NCBI GenBank assembly: GCA_963709585.1
Contig: CAVPXI010000023.1
Span: 96,001 to 160,000 of the forward strand
DNA length: 64,000 nucleotides
Reading direction: 5' to 3'
Source: Candidatus Dormiibacterota bacterium
GTDB taxonomy: Bacteria > Chloroflexota > Dormibacteria > Aeolococcales > Aeolococcaceae
Within the stretch, counting starts at the first letter, position 1. Each line of letters starts with the position of its first letter. The notes beneath the pieces are model-generated. The model was given only the letters and a program-made list of their open reading frames with translations, was not told where the DNA came from and did not search any database. Shown in pieces: positions 56,352-64,000 of this stretch. Position numbers and translations under genes: made by a program.

Positions 56352-58484
56352 GTGCCTATCACCGACCTCATGGCCCGTGTGGAGTACCTCCCGGTGGAGG
56401 ATCGAACGTCCATCCGGCGCGCCTTCGATGTGGCCGATCGCGCCCACGCGGGACAGTCCCGGCTCACCGGCGAGCCGTACATCGAGCATCCCCTCGCGGT
56501 GGCGGGCATCCTCGCCGACCTTCGACTCGACCCGGAGACGCTGATGGCCGCGCTCCTGCACGACACCGTCGAGGACACCGAGGTGACGCGCGAAGAGGTG
56601 CGACAACTCTTCGGCGACCAGGTCGCGAAGCTGGTCGACGGAGTGACCAAGCTCGGCAAGATCCACGTGCGCAGCGCCGAGGAGCACCAGGCCGAGAACA
56701 TCCGAAAAATGCTGGTGGCGATGGCCGAGGACGTGCGCGTCGTGCTCATCAAGCTCGGCGACCGCCTCCACAACATGCGCACGATCAGCGCGCACACCAC
56801 CGAGCGCCGGCTTCGCATCAGCCGCGAGACCCTGGACATCTATGCGCCGCTGGCACATCGCCTCGGCATCTGGGAGATCAAGGGGGAACTCGAGGACCTG
56901 GCATTCGTGCAACTCGACCCCGACAACTACCACCTGATCGAAGCCCGGTTGGCGAGCACCCGCGAGCAACGGGACGCTTTCGTACGCGATGTGACCGAGA
57001 TCCTCGGGCGCGAGTTCGCTCCGCTGGGCATGGAGGCGGAGATCGCCGGCCGTACCAAGCACACCTACAGCATCCACGAGAAGATGCTCCGCGGTCAGAA
57101 GGAATTCGGCGAGATCTACGACATTATCGCCATCCGCGTGCTCGTGGACTCCATCAAGGACTGCTACGGCGCGCTCGGAGTCGTGCATTCGCTCTGGAAG
57201 CCCCTGCCGGGCCGGTTCAAGGACTACATCGCGATGCCCAAGGGCAACGGCTATCAGTCGCTGCACACCACGGTGCTGTCCCACACCGGCGAGCCGATGG
57301 AGGTGCAGATCCGCACCCAGGACATGCACGAGACCTCGGAGTACGAAGTCGCGGCGCACTGGCGATACAAGGGCGGACAGGACGGGGCGAAAATCGACGA
57401 ACGCTTCACGTGGCTGCGCCTCCTGATGGACTGGCAGAAGGAGGTGCTCGACGCCGAGGCTTTCGTCAACACCGTCAAGGTCGACATCTTCCAGGACGAG
57501 GTGTTCGTGTTCACGCCGCGCGGCGACGTTCGCTCGCTGCCCCAGGGGTCGACCCCGGTGGACTTCGCATATCGCATCCACACCGACGTCGGGCACAGCT
57601 GTATCGGCGCGAAGGTCAATGGACGGATGGTGCCGCTCGATCATCGCCTCGAGAACGGCGAGATCGTGGAGGTGCTCACCACCAAGGCGCCGCACGGACC
57701 CTCGCGCGACTGGCTGAACTTCGTGAAGACGTCGAGCGCGCGGGAGAAGATCCGCCAGTGGTTCAAGCGCGAACGCCGCGACGAGAATATCCAGAAGGGA
57801 AGGGAGATGCTGGACAAGGAGTTCCGGCGCCTCCGCCAGATGTCACTGAGCGGCGTGAAGGACGATCAGCTCCTGGAGCTCGCACAGGAATTCAAGATCG
57901 CGACCATCGACGACTTCGTCGCCGCCATCGGGTACGGCGACATCAGCGCGCGCAGCGCCGTGCTCAAGTTCGGCGCCGACGAACAGCAGTCTGACGACGA
58001 CCGCATCCTCGGCATCCCGCTCACGAGCACCCCGGCGCCGACCGGGACGGTGCGTGTGCACGGACACGTCGACATGCTCACCACCCTGGCGCACTGCTGC
58101 AAGCCGGTGGCGGGCGATGCGATCCGCGGTTATGTCACCCGGGGGAAGGGCGTCACCGTGCACCGCGCCGACTGCGTGAACGTGCGCAACGCCGGCGACG
58201 TGGAGCGCATCGTCGACGTCGAGTGGGAGACCGGAGCGCGCCAGGTCTTCCCGGTGAGCATCAAGATCGAAGCCTGGGACCGCACCGGGCTGCTCCGCGA
58301 CATTGCCGCCGTCATCGCCGAATCGAAGATCAACCTGAGCGGCGCGGACGTGCAGGTCTACGACGACAAGACCGCGGTGATCAGCACCATCGTCGAGATC
58401 CAAAACCTCTCGCAGCTGAGCCGCCTCCTGGAGCGCCTCGAGTCGGTTCGCGACGTCCACACCGTCGCCCGCGACACGGTCTGA
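56352..58484 (+). CDS. relA: Bifunctional (p)ppGpp synthetase/hydrolase Rel
   Basis: AH.GQ.R.TGEPY..HP, LLHDTVEDT, DRLHNMRT, YQSLHT, TGS (FAYRIHTDVG), CC and ACT domains. Confidence 0.97.
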   Translation: MPITDLMARVEYLPVEDRTSIRRAFDVADRAHAGQSRLTGEPYIEHPLAVAGILADLRLDPETLMAALLHDTVEDTEVTREEVRQLFGDQVAKLVDGVTKLGKIHVRSAEEHQAENIRKMLVAMAEDVRVVLIKLGDRLHNMRTISAHTTERRLRISRETLDIYAPLAHRLGIWEIKGELEDLAFVQLDPDNYHLIEARLASTREQRDAFVRDVTEILGREFAPLGMEAEIAGRTKHTYSIHEKMLRGQKEFGEIYDIIAIRVLVDSIKDCYGALGVVHSLWKPLPGRFKDYIAMPKGNGYQSLHTTVLSHTGEPMEVQIRTQDMHETSEYEVAAHWRYKGGQDGAKIDERFTWLRLLMDWQKEVLDAEAFVNTVKVDIFQDEVFVFTPRGDVRSLPQGSTPVDFAYRIHTDVGHSCIGAKVNGRMVPLDHRLENGEIVEVLTTKAPHGPSRDWLNFVKTSSAREKIRQWFKRERRDENIQKGREMLDKEFRRLRQMSLSGVKDDQLLELAQEFKIATIDDFVAAIGYGDISARSAVLKFGADEQQSDDDRILGIPLTSTPAPTGTVRVHGHVDMLTTLAHCCKPVAGDAIRGYVTRGKGVTVHRADCVNVRNAGDVERIVDVEWETGARQVFPVSIKIEAWDRTGLLRDIAAVIAESKINLSGADVQVYDDKTAVISTIVEIQNLSQLSRLLERLESVRDVHTVARDTV

Positions 58485-58598
58485 ACCTTTTCACGGGGGA
58501 TGCCTCGAGCGAGAGCGCTCCCGCCTGCACGGCGGTTATCGACTTACACCACAACCTGGGACTTGACCACTGCGCAGGCTTGTGGAAGATTCCGGTTG

Positions 58599-59169
58599 GT
58601 GGGCATTGCTTACAGGATCAGGGCTCTCGACAAGTCGACCTGGCCAGCGTTCGCGGCGCTCGTCGAACGCAACAACGAAGTCTTCGGCGGATGCTGGTGC
58701 ATCGGCTTCCATCCGGAGGGCGGTGGCCGGAACGCACCGGTTCTCAACCGAGAGCGCAAGCACGACCGCGTCCGCGCTGGATCCGCCCATGCGGCGCTAG
58801 TCTTCGACGGTGCCGACTGCGTCGGCTGGTGCCAGTTCGGTAGACCCAACGAAGTGCCACGGATCAAGAATCGAGCCGTTTACGAGAAGGAAGCGATCGC
58901 GTTGCCAGATTGGCGAATCGCCTGTTGCTTTGTGGGCAAAGGTCACCGGCGCCAGGGTGTCTCCGCAGCGGCTCTCTCCGGGGCCCTCGACCTCATCGCG
59001 TCCCTCGGCGGTGGAAGTGTCGAGGGCTATCCCGAAGAAGCCAGCTTCGGTACCCGCCGGCTTTCTCTTCAACGGCGCGCTGTCGACCTACGAACAGCTC
59101 GGGTTCGCGCGTGACCGCAAAATTGGCAAGCACCGCTGGGTGGTCTCCAAGGTCGTGGAAGCGTCGTAG
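58599..59169 (+). CDS. GNAT family acetyltransferase, split by a +1 indel at ~59046
   Basis: GGCWC, VGWCQFG, WRIACCFV...RRQGVS, VEGYP, then FLFNG..STYEQLGF in the next frame. Confidence 0.8.
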
Positions 59170-59231
59170 CTGGTTGCGGACGGGGACGGCCTCAAGTCCG
59201 ACTGGATGGAGCGCCTCCTACCTCAGAGCTT

Positions 59232-59801
59232 TCACGCCCCGCACCACAGCTCTAAAGTCGCTGCTCCCGTCGGCGCACCATTACCGTTCTGCGGCGACTT
59301 ACGACCCCGCTTCCGTGGCCGATTACGCCGCTGCTCCCACGAGGGCGCCATCCGGATGAGAAGTGCACCTTCGATCGCCATCACATCACAGGCAGCCGTG
59401 GCAGCGAGGAAGACATAGCGCATGTCGGAGGTTCCGATCAGACCATTGAACATCAGCGGGTATATCGCACATGCAGTAGCTATCAGCAGCCAGCCAAGGA
59501 CCCAGACACGCAACGGTACCGGCGATGCTGAGGCCCCCACTTCTCGGGGAACGAGGCGTCTGCGCGTCGGTGCGGCGATCAGCAGAATCGGGTAACTCGC
59601 GACAACAGCAGCGGTCAAGAGCGGCCCGTTGGTAAGCTCGAACGCGACGGTGAACCCGACGAAGAGCACCAGCACGCCCAGGAGCAGGACGTCGCCCGGC
59701 CAGTAGCGAACACCCGCGTCCCAGCGAGGGATTACTGTGCCCAGAGGGAACGAATCCCAGCGGGGTGGCCTTTGTTGCCCCAGCTTCCCAAATTCCTTCA
59801 T
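59232..59801 (-). CDS. Hypothetical multi-TM membrane protein
   Basis: About four hydrophobic segments; no recognised family. Confidence 0.55.
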   Translation of the reverse strand: MKEFGKLGQQRPPRWDSFPLGTVIPRWDAGVRYWPGDVLLLGVLVLFVGFTVAFELTNGPLLTAAVVASYPILLIAAPTRRRLVPREVGASASPVPLRVWVLGWLLIATACAIYPLMFNGLIGTSDMRYVFLAATAACDVMAIEGALLIRMAPSWEQRRNRPRKRGRKSPQNGNGAPTGAATLELWCGA

Positions 59802-59959
59802 GGCCCGCTGAACGATAGCTCACCATTAGGGACGAAAAGGCTCCGAGGCGGCGTCGCCATTCGGGTACGGCACACTCGCCGGTACTGCGTCACCGTGAAG
59901 CGGCGGCCCGTTTCGGGCGCGTCACCTCAGATCCTCGCGGTGCCTTTAGGGTCGGTCAG

Positions 59960-60226
59960 ATGACCTCAGGAGAGGGGACCGCACTTCCAGATTCAGTTGC
60001 ACCCACGCCCCCGAACAGCCTGACGCCCGATGGACGGTTCTTCTTTGACGGCCATCAATGGCAGGCGGTGCCACTGCCCCCCGAGGTGACTAGGCCACGG
60101 CGCCGGATGCGATCAAAGTTACTCATCTGGGTTCTCATTGGCCTCGCAGCTATCGTGGCGGGCGCGATCGTCTCCGAAATTATCGTCACTATCGGATTGG
60201 TCGCCACTCACGAGCTCCCCCACTAG
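59960..60226 (+). CDS. Small membrane-anchored protein
   Basis: LTPDGRFFFDGHQWQ motif followed by a TM helix; TAGGGT 7 nt before the ATG. Confidence 0.6.
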   Translation: MTSGEGTALPDSVAPTPPNSLTPDGRFFFDGHQWQAVPLPPEVTRPRRRMRSKLLIWVLIGLAAIVAGAIVSEIIVTIGLVATHELPH

Positions 60227-60384
60227 CTTCAAGTACGGCGACGATCTCCTCGAACTTCCAGACCTGATAAGCAGCGTGCCTGGAAGTGTTAGGCAGATAT
60301 GAGCGTTGTTGGGCGCCCAACGGCGATCGTACTGTTATCTATCGGCGCTGAGGGCTTCGGGCACCATCCGCTGTCGTCAGTAGC

Positions 60385-61036
60385 CTATCGCTTCGTGGTG
60401 AACCGGACGACGTTGCTGCCATTGCATACCCATGAATAGGTGGCTCCGTTCGCACTCTCTGTGCCAGTTGTGACGCTGGAATTAGATGAACCCGAACCCG
60501 AACCCGAAACCGAGACGGAAACGCCCGCGCCGTTCGCAAACCAGGCCCACACCGGGATTGCGCTGCTGCTGCCACCAGACATGCACTCGACAACTGGACC
60601 GCCGAGGAATATCAGAAGAAAGAGCGGAACGAGCCCGATCGTCAGCAGCAATCCTGGTGCTCCCACACTCTGGTCGGCGGGGATTCGACCGAGTCCCCGG
60701 CGCACAGCACGCACGGAGATGAGTATCAGCAGGATGAGGAGCAGTGGGACGGTGATAACGAACAACTCGAGAACTCGCCACGAGCAGAACGCCCGTCACG
60801 GCTGGCGCCAACCAGGGGGTTATCCGCCCGCGGCGGACCGCGATCGCGCCCCCGATCACCGTCAGCGCTACGCAGATCGCGGCGACAGCGACAACCCATA
60901 TGGGCATGATGTACGCCGGTTGTCTGGACTCGGTGCCGAGAACGACGGCTGCGAGTGCTGCGAGCGCCGTCGTGCTCGCCGCCAGCGCAACGGAGGGCCA
61001 GCGGCGGCGCCGTCGAACCACTGGACCCTGACTCAC
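60385..61036 (-). CDS. Hypothetical membrane protein with Ser/Gly-rich C-terminal domain; indel at ~60772
   Basis: Two hydrophobic ORFs join (VAS/LELFVITVP) after removing one base; GSGSGS run encoded by GAACCC repeats. Confidence 0.55.
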
Positions 61037-61339
61037 ATGTTCATTGTGGCTCCATGCCAGGCGATGATTGCGCCTTCAAGGGGACATTTACGGATGCTCG
61101 CGTGGGCCAGATCTCGCGCCTTGAGTGATTCCCTACGCACTGCGCGCTGCGTCCGGGAACGATCCGAGTAACCGTGAGCCTGCAGAAGTAAGAACGTCAC
61201 GCGCGCGGCGCACTCTCGGTCGGCTTCGACTCACGGATATCTCCGGGTGTCGGCGACGCAAGCCTCGCTTCGCGCGCACTCGGGACTGGCGCCACTGGCC
61301 AGGACGGCGTGCGGAGATTCCCGCGAGGCCCCGAGGCTC

Positions 61340-62611
61340 CTATCCACCAACGGCGCGGTCTGGCGCTCGGATCCAGCTGCGATGAGTCCGCGAGGGCGGT
61401 ATCGCAAGGAGTTGCCGGCGCTCGACCCGGGCCAGCTGCCAGCCACCCTCATGGACCATCCAGTGATGGCGGTAGCAGAGCAGGACCAGATTGTCCACGT
61501 CGCTCCGGCCGCCGTGGCCCCAGTGCACCACGTGATGCGCACTGGTGAACGCCACCGGGCGATCACAGCCGGGCCATTCGCATCCACCGGACCGAACCCG
61601 AAGCGCCGCTCGGGCGGCAGGGCTTGGCAACCGGAGCGCGCGGCCGACGTCGATCACCGCGGAATCAGGTCCGAGAAGGACGCGGCGGACGCGGGCATCG
61701 CAGGCGAGCCGCTGCACGGTGGCGGCTGGAACAGCGCCGGCGAATTCCAGCTCGCCGCCAGGTGCTCCCTCCAGGCCCATCACCGTCTCGACCGAGGCGG
61801 TGAGCTGGAGGTGGGTGCGCGCCCCGCCCGTGGTCGGGATCGCTCCGAGGTCAAGGGCGTGGCTCGCGACCTCGACCAGCGCGTCGGCGAGGCGGCGGGG
61901 GAGCGGCCGGTCGTCGCCTGCGCCCGTGCGTCTGCTCAGCGGGAGCACCGCGGTCTTGATCGTGGCCGCCGCAATGGGGTCGAAGAAACCACGCATCGCC
62001 ATGAAGCCGCCCTCGCAGGGAATGAACTCGCAGCGGTTGCGCTCCGCGGCGGTCACGTGTTCCTCGAGAACTGCGGCCGCGTCGTGGACGTGGCGAGCGT
62101 GGTCACAGTCACGACCGAAGCGGCCGACCGAGTGCTCCCGGGCCAGCTCCAGCAGAGGGCCCTCATCGAAGCTGGGGGCGCCGACACGCGTGGGGTCATC
62201 CGTGCCGTCAGCGCTGGAGCTGGCGCCGACGGCACGAGCAACCCCCGCCAGCAGCGAAAAATGGGCGAAACCGATGTCCCCTGCGTCGAGCGCCGTGAGA
62301 CTGGCGGGGAGACGGCTCACCTGCTCTCCAGCCGCGACCGCCCTGGCAGCGGCGTTGCCGGACATGTGGCAGTGATGGCGGATCCAGTCGATCGGGGTGA
62401 CAGAGCCCTGGGCGTGGTACTCGTCGGTCGCCGCGAACGTGGCGGCATCGGACGCGAAGGCGAGCTCGAGGAGATCGATGCCATGTCGGAGCCGAACCAC
62501 GTGGTCCCCGAGCTCCGCCGGAGTCAGCTCCAGGGTCGGCACCTCGACAAAGTGCTGGATCGCCTCAATGAGCGTCTCCAGCGGGTTACGCATCGCCTCG
62601 GCACTACACAT
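61340..62611 (-). CDS. DUF222 + HNH endonuclease (13E12-repeat-like, probably mobile)
   Basis: RLACDA..RVLL..S.VIDVGR; GCEWPGCDRP..AHHVVHW.HGG.SD.DNLVLLC.RHH..VHEGGW. Confidence 0.9.
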   Translation of the reverse strand: MCSAEAMRNPLETLIEAIQHFVEVPTLELTPAELGDHVVRLRHGIDLLELAFASDAATFAATDEYHAQGSVTPIDWIRHHCHMSGNAAARAVAAGEQVSRLPASLTALDAGDIGFAHFSLLAGVARAVGASSSADGTDDPTRVGAPSFDEGPLLELAREHSVGRFGRDCDHARHVHDAAAVLEEHVTAAERNRCEFIPCEGGFMAMRGFFDPIAAATIKTAVLPLSRRTGAGDDRPLPRRLADALVEVASHALDLGAIPTTGGARTHLQLTASVETVMGLEGAPGGELEFAGAVPAATVQRLACDARVRRVLLGPDSAVIDVGRALRLPSPAARAALRVRSGGCEWPGCDRPVAFTSAHHVVHWGHGGRSDVDNLVLLCYRHHWMVHEGGWQLARVERRQLLAIPPSRTHRSWIRAPDRAVGG

Positions 62612-62617
62612 TTCTGT

Positions 62618-62636
62618 AGTATAGAACATATGTTCG
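62618..62636 (-). promoter_or_regulatory. LexA (SOS) box abutting the -10 of the HNH gene
   Basis: Minus strand CGAACATATGTTCT (GAAC-N4-GTTC) directly followed by TATACT, 6 nt, ATG. Confidence 0.75.
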
Positions 62637-62737
62637 CGGCGCCGTCTCGCTTCTCGGTCCTGGACGCTGTGCCTCGGCAGCGCATCACGCCGCCCTCGCG
62701 ACAGTCATCTGTCGTATCCCCGGAGCAGCGTGCGCCC

Positions 62738-63079
62738 ATGGAAGCTGACGCACGCATCCGCCTACTGGAACACGCCGCCTTCGAGTTGCTCGAATCTGAG
62801 ACCAATGGATCGCTGGTGCTCGGAGTCAGGGGAAGCGACTGCGAGCCAATCGTGATCACCGCGCTGGGATGCAGCGTTCTGGTCGGAGTCGGGCACCAAT
62901 CGTCGATTCTGATGGCGATTTCCCCGCTGAGCCACGACGGCAAGTCCGGTCCGCGAGCGCTCGCGGAGGGCTGCGATCGCACGCTCAGGATGGTGCACGA
63001 CCTCCCGTCTGAGTTCGCACCGACACTCCGCTTTACAGACCCCGTGAACGCCACGCGGTTTCCCGAATGGCTCCGCTGA
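62738..63079 (+). CDS. Hypothetical protein
   Basis: 113-aa ATG ORF filling the HNH-hisS gap; no motif recognised. Confidence 0.35.
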   Translation: MEADARIRLLEHAAFELLESETNGSLVLGVRGSDCEPIVITALGCSVLVGVGHQSSILMAISPLSHDGKSGPRALAEGCDRTLRMVHDLPSEFAPTLRFTDPVNATRFPEWLR

Positions 63080-63131
63080 AGTCCAGCCCTCACGGGGCGC
63101 TCCAGCCGCAAGCCCGTACACTCGGACGCCA

Positions 63132-64000
63132 ATGCCCGAGATCGCAGCGCCACGAGGAACGCGCGACGTCCTGCCCGACGAGTTTGCTGCTCGCCGATGG
63201 CTGCTCGACGCCCACCGCGCGGTCGTGGAGTCCTTTGGATACCGCGCGATCGAGACGCCGATCATCGAGGCGACCGAGTTGTTCAGCCGCGGGGTCGGCA
63301 CCGACACCGACATCGTGGAGAAGCAGATGTTCACCTTCGAGGATCGCGGCGGACGCTCGCTCACGCTCCGGCCGGAGGGGACGGCGGGCTCGCTCCGCGC
63401 GGTGCTGGGCGCGCACCTCGACCAGGAGGTGCGCCCGGTGCGGGTGCACTACGCGGGGCCGTTCTTCCGTGCGGAACGCCCCCAGGCAGGACGCCAGCAT
63501 CAGTTCACGCAGGTCGGCATCGAGTGCATCGGGGAGGGCTCGCCGGCGCTGGACGCCGAGATCGTGGAGGTCGCGTGGCGCTTCTTTGCAGCGCTCGGTG
63601 TCGCCGGGATCCAACTCCAGGTCAACTCGCTGGGCGGCCCCGAGGATCGGGCTCGTTACCGCGCCGCGCTGGTCGAGTACTACACCCCACTGGAGGCGTC
63701 ACTGTGCGACGACTGCCGGCGTCGCCTGCACACCAACCCGCTCCGGCTCCTCGACTGCAAGCGCGACGCCGGGCTGGTCGCGGCCGCGCCGCTGCTCTGG
63801 GATTCCCTCGACAGCGCGAGCCGTGACCACTTCACCGCCGTGCTTCGCGATCTCGAGGCAGCCGGAATCGACGCGATCCGCAATGACCGGCTGGTGCGCG
63901 GGCTCGACTACTACAGCCACACCGTCTTCGAGTTCTGGCACGACACCCTCCAGGGAGCGCAGAGCTCCCTCGGTGGGGGAGGCCGCTACGACGGTCTTGC
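63132..64000 (+). CDS. hisS: Histidine--tRNA ligase, partial (runs off the window; not in the ORF track)
   Basis: Manual translation: PRGTRD.LP, IETPIIE.TELF.RGVG..TDIV.KQMFTF.DRG.RSLTLRPEGTA, ERPQAGR, LVRGLDYY. Confidence 0.96.
   Translation, partial: MPEIAAPRGTRDVLPDEFAARRWLLDAHRAVVESFGYRAIETPIIEATELFSRGVGTDTDIVEKQMFTFEDRGGRSLTLRPEGTAGSLRAVLGAHLDQEVRPVRVHYAGPFFRAERPQAGRQHQFTQVGIECIGEGSPALDAEIVEVAWRFFAALGVAGIQLQVNSLGGPEDRARYRAALVEYYTPLEASLCDDCRRRLHTNPLRLLDCKRDAGLVAAAPLLWDSLDSASRDHFTAVLRDLEAAGIDAIRNDRLVRGLDYYSHTVFEFWHDTLQGAQSSLGGGGRYDGL

Noticed and set aside
60488-60522. GAACCC hexamer repeats as a contingency locus
   Set aside because: In-frame Gly-Ser/Val-Ser linker with only three exact copies; length change would not shift the frame.

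Overview
High-GC bacterial chromosome segment, mostly housekeeping genes on the + strand. The gene order is Terrabacteria-like: folE, rlmN-ribD-ribE-ribBA-ribH, rpmB/asp23-fakA-fakB-recG-rsmD-coaD-sepIVA-like-rpmF-fabD-fabG-acpP-rnc-smc-ftsY, ylxM-ffh-rpsP-khpA-rimM-trmD-rplS-yraN, comM-dprA-topA-hslV-hslU-rpsB-tsf-pyrH-frr-uppS-cdsA-dxr-rseP-ispG-proS, relA and a partial hisS. Firmicute-like synteny at this GC suggests a Dormibacterota/Chloroflexota-like lineage (inference only). Accessory inserts are a ~1050-aa secreted IPT/TIG-repeat protein, TetR-MFS, ArsR-SRPBCC plus small exported proteins, sat-cysC-lysR, and an island between relA and hisS carrying a DUF222-HNH endonuclease with a LexA-type box. 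Seven apparent single-base indels, all in homopolymers or doublets and some in essential genes (smc, ffh), look like sequencing errors. No tRNA, rRNA, CRISPR array or transposase was recognised. I cannot demonstrate a new system. The best leads are the SOS-boxed HNH gene with a structured 3' region, the Cys-paired IPT surface protein, RNase III with disordered RGG-like tails, a palindrome at ylxM, and widespread leaderless promoter architecture.
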